A stretch of 64,000 nucleotides of DNA from Candidatus Bathyarchaeia archaeon (GTDB lineage Archaea > Thermoproteota > Bathyarchaeia > Bathyarchaeales > Bathycorpusculaceae): positions 192,001 through 256,000 of the forward strand of contig JAVZLQ010000003.1 in assembly GCA_038883655.1 (NCBI GenBank). The letters are read 5' to 3'. The notes under the pieces are model-generated. The model did no database searches and was not told the origin of the DNA. It saw only the letters and a program-made list of their open reading frames with translations. This document shows positions 30,042 through 39,585 of the stretch, piece by piece. Made by a program: the position numbers and the translations under genes. Positions within the stretch are counted from its first letter, which is position 1; each line of letters opens with the position of its first letter.

Positions 30042-30557
30042 CTACAATTTTTTGCCTTTCAGCCATATTTTTGCAAGCTCATCATAGTTTGGAAAAACCT
30101 TTTTCAAAATGGGGATATACATTCGTATTTCGTCATCTGTTAAATACTGAAACTGATACTCGCCCATGTACGGTGCAGGTTCACCATCCCTCGTTTCAAA
30201 TTCAATGTGCATGAATGGATCTCCACGCTTAATGGTGATTGGACAACGGTCGTTGCTTAGATTTACAAGTTCTAAGGCAAGTCGCCCAACAAAACCGCTA
30301 TGAACCTTTGCAGCGTTAAGGAAGGATAACCCCATTCGTCCATACTTGCTTTTCGCTGTTAAATGAGCAACGTAGTTTGGCGGGGTGAAAACTATTTCGT
30401 ATGATATCAGGTTTTTGTGCTCTAGATAGTGAAGCGTTGTCTCCTCCTTCACTGTTAGTATGTAGCTGTCCCCGTCTAACAAATTGTAATCGTATGGATA
30501 GATACACTTGTAGTTCTCAATGAGTTCCTTTAACTTGTCCTTGCCCAGTATGCACAT
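30042..30557 (-). CDS. dCTP deaminase / trimeric dUTPase family protein
   Basis: AKSKYGRMG, HSGFVGRLALELVN, PY.GEYQ.Q. Confidence 0.8.
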   Translation of the reverse strand: MCILGKDKLKELIENYKCIYPYDYNLLDGDSYILTVKEETTLHYLEHKNLISYEIVFTPPNYVAHLTAKSKYGRMGLSFLNAAKVHSGFVGRLALELVNLSNDRCPITIKRGDPFMHIEFETRDGEPAPYMGEYQFQYLTDDEIRMYIPILKKVFPNYDELAKIWLKGKKL

Positions 30558-30610
30558 TTTGAAGCCTCAAATTTTCTAGCAATAGTAAAGGTTACACGTT
30601 ATAAGTTTTT

Positions 30611-31231
30611 TCATACCTGCCACTCTGCGTCGAAAAGCACCACCTTTTCAAAGAACGGCAAATTAAGCTCTGCAATAATCTTTGCCTTCATCCCAACGCC
30701 CTTAAACTTTTGCATTGTCTCATCGATCCCCGAAAGGTTTGACTGCATCAAGAGCACACGACCAGAAACTTTCAAGTATCTTGGTGCATCGCAGATGAAG
30801 CGGTCAATCACTCGTCTACCATTTAACCCGCCACACCACGCATACTCAATCCAAGAGAGTTTTCCTGTGTTTCTTGTGGGCAAGTAAGGTGCATTAAAAA
30901 TGATTAGATCGAAAAGCCTTTTCATCTTTAATGGCGCGAACAAGTTTCCTTGAACAAGCATTATTTTATCCGCAACCTTGTTTCGTATCGCGTTTTCTTT
31001 TGCACAACGAATAGCGTGTGGATTTATGTCAACAGCGATCACCTTGGAAGCCCTTATCGCGGCTATTATTCCTAAAATGCCGCATCCCGTGCCCATGTCA
31101 AGAACAACATCGCCATTTTTGACCTCTAAATTTTCTGCAAAAAGAAACGAATCTTCCGCGGGTTCGTAAACATTTTCATAAACATAAAAGATTTTGTTCG
31201 CGAAAAACACGGTTTTATGTTGCAAGTGCAT
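30611..31231 (-). CDS. HemK2/PrmC-like release-factor glutamine methyltransferase
   Basis: VYEPAEDSFL, LDMGTGCG, FNAPY, AWCGGLNGR. Confidence 0.9.
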   Translation of the reverse strand: MHLQHKTVFFANKIFYVYENVYEPAEDSFLFAENLEVKNGDVVLDMGTGCGILGIIAAIRASKVIAVDINPHAIRCAKENAIRNKVADKIMLVQGNLFAPLKMKRLFDLIIFNAPYLPTRNTGKLSWIEYAWCGGLNGRRVIDRFICDAPRYLKVSGRVLLMQSNLSGIDETMQKFKGVGMKAKIIAELNLPFFEKVVLFDAEWQV

Positions 31232-32045
31232 TGGCTAATTCTCCGAAATCTTCTGGTGCAAGTTCTCTAACCCGTTTGTCAAAAAGTGCAGAGGATTCCA
31301 GAACATTTTCGAACTTGTTGGTTATTGCAAAACTTGTGCTTCTAATGAACGATGATATCACATTTCTAACTTTTCTGTTGCGGCGATTGAAAAGATATTG
31401 CGTGAGTTTTTGGAGGAGTTTTTCATTCTTCACCGTAAAGGGATGCTGTTTTTTAGGCTTTAGCCGCACAATGACGGAGTCTACCTCTGGTTGTGGATAA
31501 AACATCCAGCTAGGAATTTCGTCTAAAAGCTCCACTTCGGCGTTGTAATATGTTATAACTGTTAACCACCCGTATTCCTCGCTTCCGATCTTGGCGACGA
31601 GGTGGTGAGCAAACTCTTTCTGAAGAACCAGAACTGCACATTCGAAGTTTTTGTTAAAAAGCCATGGAAGCAGTTGTGAGGAAATGTTGTATGGTGGAAC
31701 GGAAGCAACTTTATTAAATTGGGGAACTGGAACTTTGAGAATGTCGCCTTCAATAATCTCCACGTTTGTGTGCGCTTTAAGTTGTCCACGGAGAACTTTC
31801 AAAAGTTTCGAGTCGAACTCAACAGCCAACACCTTTTCGCATCTTTCAGCCAGAAATTTTGTGAGAAAACCTAGGCCAGCGCCAATGTCTAATACTGCGT
31901 CGTTTTTCGTTAAGCAGGCGTGTTCTGCAATTAATTGGAAAGTTGATTGGTTAACCATAAAATTTTGTCCAAGACGCTTTTTCGGAGTAATTCGATACTT
32001 TCGAAGTAGAAACTTCGTTTCTTCTAAAAGGCTCATCTCAACCAT
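31215..32045 (-). CDS. ksgA: 16S rRNA adenine dimethyltransferase KsgA/Dim1
   Basis: KKRLGQNF, DIGAGLG, PYNISS, QKEFA, FYPQPEVDS, RVREL. Confidence 0.93.
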   Translation of the reverse strand: MVEMSLLEETKFLLRKYRITPKKRLGQNFMVNQSTFQLIAEHACLTKNDAVLDIGAGLGFLTKFLAERCEKVLAVEFDSKLLKVLRGQLKAHTNVEIIEGDILKVPVPQFNKVASVPPYNISSQLLPWLFNKNFECAVLVLQKEFAHHLVAKIGSEEYGWLTVITYYNAEVELLDEIPSWMFYPQPEVDSVIVRLKPKKQHPFTVKNEKLLQKLTQYLFNRRNRKVRNVISSFIRSTSFAITNKFENVLESSALFDKRVRELAPEDFGELANALAT

Positions 32046-32056
32046 TAACCACTATT

Positions 32057-32626
32057 TTACTGCGCTCTTGTGAACAACTGATATTTAGTTTCGCCCGCAA
32101 GCTCCTCCAAAATCCTCTTCGTAATCAGCTTTACAGGATTAGGCAGCTCTGTGCGCTTTTGCAAATCCTCAAAACTTTCAAAAGGCTTCTTTTCACGCTC
32201 ATTTATTACTTGCCACATGTACTTTTTGCCTATGCCCGGAATAAGTTCCAAAGCATGCATTCGCGGCGTGATAGCCCGTGCCGTGTTAAAAAAGTTGACA
32301 AACCACTTTTCCCTATTCAACACTATTCTGCTCACTACCGATGGAAGTTCCATTTTTGCCGCTGCGGTCAAATCCTCATAGCGCACACGTCCAATAATGT
32401 AAGTTATTTCCTCCCTGGATTCCTTTCCCACGTAAACGCGGTCATGAGCCTTCAAAACAACCCCCTCTTTAACAAGCGCCTCCAAAAGGGTAAAAAACTC
32501 CTCACCAATCAACTGAACTAGAGCTCCCGCTCTATAACCAGCCCTTCCAGTCACGCGCACTCCGGGTCTGCCATGTGGAAGGAAGTCTAGTACATAGGCG
32601 AATTCTTCGTATCTTTTCTCCATCAT
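32057..32626 (-). CDS. DUF655 family nucleic-acid-binding protein
   Basis: EEFAYVLDF, GEEFFTLLE, FFN.A..IT.RMHALELIPGIGKK; conserved position after rpo4. Confidence 0.9.
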   Translation of the reverse strand: MMEKRYEEFAYVLDFLPHGRPGVRVTGRAGYRAGALVQLIGEEFFTLLEALVKEGVVLKAHDRVYVGKESREEITYIIGRVRYEDLTAAAKMELPSVVSRIVLNREKWFVNFFNTARAITPRMHALELIPGIGKKYMWQVINEREKKPFESFEDLQKRTELPNPVKLITKRILEELAGETKYQLFTRAQ

Positions 32627-32679
32627 AGCTGCCTTTACCCTTTTCTTAACTCTTTAAAATTATGGTATAATCGCCTATT

Positions 32680-33012
32680 TCATTTTCGATACTCGTTCAA
32701 AAGACCAATTATAGCTTCTAACTTTGAAGTTTCAATGATTTTGCGTCCTCCAGCGAGGAAAACTCTAAGTTCTTCAACGCTTTTTGGAGCGCAGTTGACC
32801 ACTTGAACAGCCTCATCCTCCTCAAGACCAAACTCGCTAACAAGCTTTTCCACAAGCTTTTCAGCTACGTCAGCGTCAATCTTCGAGAATTTAGAAACAT
32901 AATCATATGTGCGACGTTGGAACTGGTCGAGGTTTTCTTCGCCCATGGACTCTAATATTTTCTTAACTTGCGGAATTGTAAGCTTTTTCTCGGTCACTGC
33001 ACGCTTTGACAA
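32680..33012 (-). CDS. rpoF: RNA polymerase subunit Rpo4 (F)
   Basis: QRRTYDYVSKFSK, AVQVVNC.PKSVEELR; located between L21e and DUF655. Confidence 0.92.
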   Translation of the reverse strand: MSKRAVTEKKLTIPQVKKILESMGEENLDQFQRRTYDYVSKFSKIDADVAEKLVEKLVSEFGLEEDEAVQVVNCAPKSVEELRVFLAGGRKIIETSKLEAIIGLLNEYRK

Positions 33013-33015
33013 GGC

Positions 33016-33312
33016 CTAATCACCCTTGTATGGCTCTAAATGTTCGGGTCGAACAATAATTTCCTTGACAGCGTCGCCTTGCGTCACGCTTATGACGTAG
33101 CTTCGCCCTCGTTTTTCGACAACCGCACCAACTTTACCATGATAACGCCTATGCGGCATTCCTTTTTGTACGCTCGGGTCAAGTTTGATTACTACGCGGG
33201 CGCCGGGCTGGTATTCGTGCAGTAATTTGCTTATCTTTATTTTCCCCTTTTCTCTGGGTTCTTTTCTGAGGAGTTTCCGTGTTCCTGCACGATAGCCCTT
33301 TGATTTTCTCAT
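33016..33312 (-). CDS. rpl21e: 50S ribosomal protein L21e
   Basis: KSKGYR.GTR, PSVQKGMPHRRYHGKVG, VRPEHL. Confidence 0.97.
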   Translation of the reverse strand: MRKSKGYRAGTRKLLRKEPREKGKIKISKLLHEYQPGARVVIKLDPSVQKGMPHRRYHGKVGAVVEKRGRSYVISVTQGDAVKEIIVRPEHLEPYKGD

Positions 33313-33328
33313 TTTTCCACCTTTACCA

Positions 33329-34663
33329 TCAATACTTCATAATTACATTTAAAACATCAAGTTTTATAGGCTTCGCTTTGTTTTTGAGAATTTCAGAGAC
33401 GCTTGGCGTTGTTCTTCCTTCATCTCCAGTCACCAGTTCCTTAACATAGAGCCCCCCTTGGCATTTTATCTTCATCTCAATTCTTTTAGGCGACAACTTC
33501 TTTACTTTAACCTCGTATATGTACTTTTCCCGTGTTAAATCAGCCCGCCTATGCAAAACACGTATTGGCGTGCGCTGCTTAATGATGGTGTTTGCCAACT
33601 TTTCTTCAAGCATCTTTAACTCGTCATCAGCAACATCATTCTCAAACTCCACTACGACACGGTACTCCTTTTGAGAAGCCTCGCCTTTCTTCAATTTCCG
33701 CATAACAGACTTATCCACAAACCGCAAATCAGATATCAGAATTTTCCCTTCAGCACGCTTGTTCACAGCGGCTTCCAGCTTTTTAAGGTCTATAAACCTC
33801 TTTTTGGGCTGCGCTATTTCTATCACGAACGGTCTACCCTTACCCAACATTCTAGCGTCAATGTCTTCTCTCCCAGAGGCATGGAACGACGCCTTTACGC
33901 CACCAGTTTCTTCCAAAAATGGTTTCTCAATAAGTTCTTCAACAGATTCCGCATACATTTTACCAGTCCAATTACATTTTTCGCACCCTTTTCCCAGGCA
34001 TCTTGAACACAACCATTTTGACTGTGGAATTCCTCTAACCAGTTTTTTGTAGTTTCCGGCAATGTAAAGTGGATTGATTTGGAGGCGTATATCCGCTGTT
34101 ATCGGGTTTATTATAACAACAATGTCCGGTTTAGAATAATCAATGTTTTTACCAGTGAGTTCAGCAAGTTTTTTACCGTAAAGCCTTCCGAATTCGCTTC
34201 GCATGTTCTCGCCATATCTAATGTTAAATTCAGCCTTAAACTCGTCTTCCCGCTCTTCCATGTGAACTGGTAACCCAATTCCCACTAAAAAGCTACGATA
34301 TTCATAATTGTCAAGGTTTTCAGCAACTTTTTGCGCGGTGCCTTCGATTTCTTGAAATTTATTTTCGCATAAGAAACATTTTTTTGGCGAGTCCTTGCGT
34401 GGAACTCGCCTTTTTATTTTGTGAAGTATTTCTGCTGATTTTTGGAAAAACCCGTTTGTTGCAAGAACCTTTAAAATTCTTACACCTTCCCCGCTCTTTG
34501 AGAGTATCAAATCATGCGCTTTTAAAGTTAAGGCTAATTTAATAACTCTACCCCTCTCATCATTTTCCATATTATATCCTAAGAGGGCGAATTGTCTTCC
34601 TAAACAATGGTCGCATAAAGGATATTTTTGGAGCATCTCTAACGCTTTTTCCAAAAAATCCAT
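33329..34663 (-). CDS. pus10: tRNA pseudouridine(54/55) synthase Pus10
   Basis: LCDHCLGRQF, THUMP region, FHASGREDIDARMLG.GRPF, QRTPIRV.HRR, GGLYVKEL. Confidence 0.95.
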   Translation of the reverse strand: MDFLEKALEMLQKYPLCDHCLGRQFALLGYNMENDERGRVIKLALTLKAHDLILSKSGEGVRILKVLATNGFFQKSAEILHKIKRRVPRKDSPKKCFLCENKFQEIEGTAQKVAENLDNYEYRSFLVGIGLPVHMEEREDEFKAEFNIRYGENMRSEFGRLYGKKLAELTGKNIDYSKPDIVVIINPITADIRLQINPLYIAGNYKKLVRGIPQSKWLCSRCLGKGCEKCNWTGKMYAESVEELIEKPFLEETGGVKASFHASGREDIDARMLGKGRPFVIEIAQPKKRFIDLKKLEAAVNKRAEGKILISDLRFVDKSVMRKLKKGEASQKEYRVVVEFENDVADDELKMLEEKLANTIIKQRTPIRVLHRRADLTREKYIYEVKVKKLSPKRIEMKIKCQGGLYVKELVTGDEGRTTPSVSEILKNKAKPIKLDVLNVIMKY

Positions 34664-34693
34664 GACAAACCCTTTTCTCGCTTAATGACTTAA

Positions 34694-36028
34694 TCACTTA
34701 AAGTCCATTGGTAAGCCTTTGCCGAAGAAGGGTAATCTCTTTTTACGCCTTAAAGTTTTCATCATGCGCCGCATCAAAGAATACTGCTTCAACAGTTCTT
34801 TTACCTCTTTTTCGCTTGTTCCAGAACCCCTGGCGACCCGTCTAATTCTTGAAGCATTGAAAATTTTCGGGTTCTCCTTCTCCTCTTTCGTCATGGACTG
34901 AATCATGACACGCCACTTTTCAAGACGATCTTCAGCCATGTTAAGCATTTCTTCTGGTACGTCATAAGACATTCCAGGAAGCATTTTCAACAGTTTACGG
35001 AAAGCACCCATGCCCTTAACCGCTTCGAACTGCTCGTACATATCTGTCAACGTGAATTTGCCGCTTAGAATTGCCTTTGCCTTCTTTTCTGGAACCTTAA
35101 TCTCAGCCTCGCGGACTTTTTCCAGAAGAGTTTCTAGATCACCCATTCCCAAGAGTCTTCCAACAAACCTTGATGGAATGAATGGTTCTATGTCCTCTAT
35201 CTTTTCGCCAGTACTAATGAACTTGATCGGTGCGCCGGTGGCAGCAACCGCCGACAGCGCGCCCCCGCCCCTCGCGGAACCATCAAGCTTTGTTACTAAA
35301 ATCGAGCCTATTGGTGTTGCTTGGTTGAAGGCTTGTGCTTGCACCATAGCTTGTTGTCCTATTGTTCCGTCAACAACAAGCATGATTTCGTCGGGTTTAA
35401 TGCTCCTTTCAAGCATTATCATTTCCTTTATGAGTTCTTGCTCTTCTTTGTGCCGTCCAGCAGTGTCGATTATTATGATGTCGCGGTCGTTAAACTGCTT
35501 TAAGCCTTCAAGGGCTATTTTTACAGGATCTTTAGCGCTTGGGTTGCCATACAAGGGAACATTAATCCTATTCGCCAGTTGTTGCAGTTGGGCAAAGGCG
35601 CCTGGACGATATGTGTCCACGCAAATTAACGCTGGTTTTAAGCCCCTCTTCTGGAAGTATCTTGCGAGTTTCGCCGCGGCGGTTGTTTTGCCGGAACCTT
35701 GTATGCCAACAAGCATTATCACTTTTCTTTTGCCAGGTTCAATTTTGACTGGTGCTGGTTTTTCTCCGAGAAAGCGCGTCAATTCCTCGTATACAACTTT
35801 TATGATGTGCTCGCGTCTGGAAATGCCTGGGGGCAACTTTTCCTTCAATGCCCTTTCTTCTATTCGCCTTGAAATTTCTAGGACAAGCTTAACGTTTACA
35901 TCCGCTTGGAGAAGAGCTCTCTGCACGTCGCGGACAAGCTCTTTAACAGTAGCCTCGTCGACAACGGATGCTCTGAAAACCTTTCTTAACGCATCGTAAA
36001 GAGATGAACCCAAACGTTCTAGGGCCAT
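34694..36028 (-). CDS. srp54: Signal recognition particle protein SRP54
   Basis: GIQGSGKTT, DTYRPGA, DTAGR, TKLDGSARGGG, M domain SRIRRVARGSG; real start MALERLG at 36028. Confidence 0.97.
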   Translation of the reverse strand: MALERLGSSLYDALRKVFRASVVDEATVKELVRDVQRALLQADVNVKLVLEISRRIEERALKEKLPPGISRREHIIKVVYEELTRFLGEKPAPVKIEPGKRKVIMLVGIQGSGKTTAAAKLARYFQKRGLKPALICVDTYRPGAFAQLQQLANRINVPLYGNPSAKDPVKIALEGLKQFNDRDIIIIDTAGRHKEEQELIKEMIMLERSIKPDEIMLVVDGTIGQQAMVQAQAFNQATPIGSILVTKLDGSARGGGALSAVAATGAPIKFISTGEKIEDIEPFIPSRFVGRLLGMGDLETLLEKVREAEIKVPEKKAKAILSGKFTLTDMYEQFEAVKGMGAFRKLLKMLPGMSYDVPEEMLNMAEDRLEKWRVMIQSMTKEEKENPKIFNASRIRRVARGSGTSEKEVKELLKQYSLMRRMMKTLRRKKRLPFFGKGLPMDFK

Positions 36029-36121
36029 TGTTTTCTCCAGATTAAAAGTGTTTACGTCCTTAAATATGTATTCCATAAACTTTTTACATACGTCATCCAA
36101 AAAAGACTTGGAGGAAAATGC

Positions 36122-36868
36122 TTGGAAGATGTAAAAATTGTTGAGAAGAAGGAAATTCCGTTTGGTTGCACCATGCTTTTTGGTTTTCCAGACGTTGGGC
36201 TCGTAGGCGTCATAGCAGCCTCGCACTTAATTTCTGAGCTTAACAACCTTAAAGAAATAGCGTACGTCGATTCAAAGCTTTTACCGCCACTTATAGTTTT
36301 GCATGAGGGCTTGCCACATTCGCCCATAAGAATTTTTGGAAACCACAATATCCTTTTGGCTGTTTCGGAGACAGCCATACCAGCGGACACTATTTACCCA
36401 ATAATGTACGCCTTAATAGATTGGGGTAAAAGCAAAAATGTTAAAATGATGATTTCGCTCAGTGGCATACCCGTCCAAGAAAGACAAGACGTTGAGGAAC
36501 TGAAAGTTTTTGCCGCTGCATCAAACGCTGAAGTGCTAAAGATGGTTCAAGAGCAAGGCATAGAAATATTGAAAGAAGGCTATATGGTTGGTCCACAAGC
36601 AATTATGCTGCAGCGTTGCGCGAGCATAGGGGTACCAGCCATAACGCTGCTTGCCCAATGCTTCTTTAACTACCCAGACCCAGAGGCGGCTGCAGAAGTA
36701 TTAAAAGGATTAACGAAGATTATCGGGTTGAAGGTGGATGTTTCAAAGCTTCTGGAGAAAGGCGAAGAAATTCGTTTGAAAGCAAGAGATGTTATGCGGC
36801 GAACTCAACAAGAACTTTCAAAAATGAAGAAGACGCAAGAGTACGACATGCCACTATACATAACCTAG
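36122..36868 (+). CDS. Second PAC2-family proteasome assembly chaperone-like protein
   Basis: GFPDVGLVG.IA, YPDPEAA, VDVSKLLE..EEI; C-terminal ..PLYIT. Confidence 0.88.
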   Translation: MEDVKIVEKKEIPFGCTMLFGFPDVGLVGVIAASHLISELNNLKEIAYVDSKLLPPLIVLHEGLPHSPIRIFGNHNILLAVSETAIPADTIYPIMYALIDWGKSKNVKMMISLSGIPVQERQDVEELKVFAAASNAEVLKMVQEQGIEILKEGYMVGPQAIMLQRCASIGVPAITLLAQCFFNYPDPEAAAEVLKGLTKIIGLKVDVSKLLEKGEEIRLKARDVMRRTQQELSKMKKTQEYDMPLYIT

Positions 36869-36869
36869 G

Positions 36870-37322
36870 GTGGGCAGGATGGCTGAAAGGAGAAGACGTT
36901 CAATCTTTGATTTGATTGACGAATACTTTGAGAACTTAGAAGAATCCGTTAGACGTTTAAGAGAAGCCCTAATGGAAAAGCCAAGCTGGGACAGAAAAGC
37001 CTGCACAATAGAGCCGCTCCGCGACATTTCCGTGACGCCAACAGATGTCATCGTAACTGTTGATTTGCCATATACGGAAGAGAATACCATTCGCGTTAAA
37101 CCATTAGGTAAGAACGCTATTGAAATATCGGCAAAAATGCGGCGGAAAGTAAGTTTTGACGATTTCGGCATAACCCATTATAAAGGTGAGTTTCAAACAT
37201 TCCATTGTCAAACACGAATTCCAGTACCAGTTTACATGGATAAAATGGAAATACGTTTTAAGAAGGGCATACTTGAAATACGCTTGCCGCGTAAACATGA
37301 ATACGAAATTCCAATAGAATAA
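36870..37322 (+). CDS. Small heat shock protein (Hsp20/alpha-crystallin)
   Basis: EPL.D..V.VDLP, F.KGILEIRLPR. Confidence 0.85.
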   Translation: MGRMAERRRRSIFDLIDEYFENLEESVRRLREALMEKPSWDRKACTIEPLRDISVTPTDVIVTVDLPYTEENTIRVKPLGKNAIEISAKMRRKVSFDDFGITHYKGEFQTFHCQTRIPVPVYMDKMEIRFKKGILEIRLPRKHEYEIPIE

Positions 37323-37332
37323 ACCAGTAACA

Positions 37333-37387
37333 AGCCTCAGGAGCTCATTTCGTCACAAATCAGACGGCTCTTCTCGCATCATCGGCT
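37333..37387 (-). ncRNA. Box C/D 2'-O-methylation guide sRNA
   Basis: Minus strand reads AGCC-G-ATGATGC (C)-GAGAAGAGCCGT-CTGA (D')-TTT-GTGACGA (C')-AATGAGCTC-CTGA (D)-GGCT: four boxes at archaeal spacing closed by a 4-bp terminal stem, in an intergenic gap. Confidence 0.85.
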
Positions 37388-37480
37388 CCAAAAGAAGCTT
37401 ACGTAAACCTCTAAAATAAGCTTAATGGAAAGTTTTAACAATAAAAACAAACAAATCTAAAAGGGCAAAGAGGAAAAACT

Positions 37481-37681
37481 TTGACAACAGAGAAGGCCAT
37501 TCACTTTTCGATGTTCCTCCTGTTACTTGTTGGTTTGTGTGGAATTAGCGCATGGGCAAGCCACACATACCTAAGCAACAACTTGATATTGGAGGTCGCG
37601 GGCATCGCATTAAGTTGGGGGATAATCCTCCTAATCCTATATTTGGGCTTCAAAAAGCTTGATTGGAGCTGGTGGAGCTAG
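37481..37681 (+). CDS. Small two-TM membrane protein
   Basis: 66 aa, two hydrophobic helices, GAGG upstream of the TTG start, fills an intergenic gap. Confidence 0.55.
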   Translation: MTTEKAIHFSMFLLLLVGLCGISAWASHTYLSNNLILEVAGIALSWGIILLILYLGFKKLDWSWWS

Positions 37682-37700
37682 AACTAAGCGTCACCCCACG

Positions 37701-38093
37701 CTACTTTGTTCTTACAATTTTAATTTTGCCAAGTATCCGCCAAAATTCCACTTCAACACCGGGAGCGATTTTCGCTTTCAAATCCTCCTCTTCGGGGTAG
37801 GGCGCATCTAAATACTCGTAAGTTTCTAAATCCATAATTTGGACACTTGAAGGTGTAACAGCAAAAACTTGTCCGCTTCTTTTTTCGATTATTGGCACCT
37901 CAGCGTTTGCGTCAACTGGTTTAACCACACTTCTTTTGACGCCGTCAAAAATTCCAACAGCAACTATTCGCGCCTTAGCTGATCCATGTTTTCCAGGCTT
38001 TGATTTTGTTATGTCTACTATGCGGCAGGGCTCACCGTCAACTATTAGGTATCCACCAACTCTAAGGCTTCCAACATCAACAGGTTTACTCAT
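37701..38093 (-). CDS. eif5a: Translation factor aIF5A
   Basis: Hypusine motif SKPGKHGSAK; start reset to MSKPV at 38093. Confidence 0.97.
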   Translation of the reverse strand: MSKPVDVGSLRVGGYLIVDGEPCRIVDITKSKPGKHGSAKARIVAVGIFDGVKRSVVKPVDANAEVPIIEKRSGQVFAVTPSSVQIMDLETYEYLDAPYPEEEDLKAKIAPGVEVEFWRILGKIKIVRTK

Positions 38094-38190
38094 TCGCTCA
38101 CCAACACTGCTTTTATCTTCCATCTACAGCATTTTAAACAACATCCATATATAGATTAAGGTGCCGCTTAATAATAAAAGGTGAACCTAT

Positions 38191-39027
38191 TTGCTGAAAA
38201 GCGTAGGATTAGTAGCTAGATTCGACAAGAAAAGAGCCTTAAGGCTTGCAGAAGACTTAGCTGAATATCTTGCAAAAAGGGATGTAGAGGTGCAAGTGGA
38301 AGACAGCCTCGCGGAGAAAGTTAGCATTAAAGGAAAGACGGTACCTCTAGAAGGAATGAAGGCTGACCTCATAGTTACAATAGGCGGAGACGGAACAATT
38401 CTAAGAACGTGTGTCGCAATTCCAAAGCCAGAACCACCTATACTAGCGATAAACATGGGCGTGAGAGGTTTCCTAACAGAAGTTGAACCAAAACAAGCAT
38501 TTAACGCCATAGACAAATGCCTAAAAGGAGAATTTACAATTGAAAAATGCATGAAGTTGTCGATAACCGCAAATGGCGAAAAATTTCCAGAAGCACTAAA
38601 CGAGGTTCTGGTATCAGCAGATGAACCAGCAAAACTTCTCTACGCAGAAATTCTCAAAGACGAAAAACCAGTGCTCAACATCCAAGCCGACGGCGTAATG
38701 ATCGCAACACAAACTGGTTCCACGGGATATTCTCTATCCGCTGGGGGGCCCGTTTTAGATCCAGATTTGGATGCTTTTGTTTTAACGCCGGTTTGTCCTT
38801 TAAGCATATTTCACCCGATTGTTTTCCCTGCTAACTCAAGCCTTACGGTTAATGTTGTTAGACCCAAAAAGACGCTTGTCGTTGTGGATGGACATTATCG
38901 TAGAACGTTAAGTGGTGGAGTTATAAGCATAAGGGTAACGCGTTCCAGTAATGAGACCCGTTTTGTGAGATTTAGGGAAGACTTTTACCACCGCCTAAAA
39001 AGCAGGTTGCTTTTCAAGGGAAGCTAA
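38191..39027 (+). CDS. nadK: NAD kinase
   Basis: GGDGT, GFL, LNE, ADG...AT.TGSTGYSLSAGGP. Confidence 0.95.
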   Translation: MLKSVGLVARFDKKRALRLAEDLAEYLAKRDVEVQVEDSLAEKVSIKGKTVPLEGMKADLIVTIGGDGTILRTCVAIPKPEPPILAINMGVRGFLTEVEPKQAFNAIDKCLKGEFTIEKCMKLSITANGEKFPEALNEVLVSADEPAKLLYAEILKDEKPVLNIQADGVMIATQTGSTGYSLSAGGPVLDPDLDAFVLTPVCPLSIFHPIVFPANSSLTVNVVRPKKTLVVVDGHYRRTLSGGVISIRVTRSSNETRFVRFREDFYHRLKSRLLFKGS

Positions 39028-39569
39028 TGAAAAGCCAAGTTGAAGCTAAACGCGTCATAGTTTTGGACACATCTGCTTTCGCGGTTGGTTTTGACCCTTT
39101 TTCAGTGAACGAAATGCAGTACACTGTACCATTAGTGAGAGAAGAGGTGAAAGGGAACGCGTTTGCGAAGGTTAGGTTGAAAACAGCAATAGAACAAGGA
39201 AAGGTTGTAGTGAAGAAACCTGAAAAACCATTTTTGGATGCGGTGAGTGCTTCCGCCACCGCCATTGGCGATAAGGTTTTACTTTCAGAAACGGACTTGC
39301 AAGTTTTGGCTTTAGCCCTTCAACTAAAAAGCGAAGGCTATAATCCGGTAATCGCCTCAGACGATTATTCCATACAGAATGTGGCAAATCGCATGGAAAT
39401 AGCGTTCACTTCATTAGCAACTTTTGGCATACGCTTTCAACTGGAGTGGGTAAGATATTGCCCAGCATGTTACAGAAAATACCAAGCAGATTATAAACTC
39501 AAAAGATGCGCAGTGTGCGGAACAGAATTGAAAAGAAAGCCTTTAAGGAAGAGGTATCTTAAACCATAA
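39027..39569 (+). CDS. nob1: Nob1 rRNA-maturation endonuclease (PIN domain + Zn ribbon)
   Basis: VLDTSAF, LSETD, SDDYSIQN, CPAC..CAVCG. Confidence 0.92.
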   Translation: MKSQVEAKRVIVLDTSAFAVGFDPFSVNEMQYTVPLVREEVKGNAFAKVRLKTAIEQGKVVVKKPEKPFLDAVSASATAIGDKVLLSETDLQVLALALQLKSEGYNPVIASDDYSIQNVANRMEIAFTSLATFGIRFQLEWVRYCPACYRKYQADYKLKRCAVCGTELKRKPLRKRYLKP

Positions 39570-39585
39570 AAGTTAACGATTTGCT

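Noticed and set aside
35010-35999. 329-aa plus-strand ORF
   Set aside because: Antisense shadow of srp54; the same applies to 26857-27570 (ppsA), 42796-43365 (aminotransferase) and most short ORFs nested in recognised genes.
36029-36226. N-terminal extension of SRP54 in the ORF track
   Set aside because: It overlaps the divergent PAC2 gene and the family starts at MALERLG; similar over-extensions were trimmed for ppsA, porA, aIF5A and the 13622 gene.
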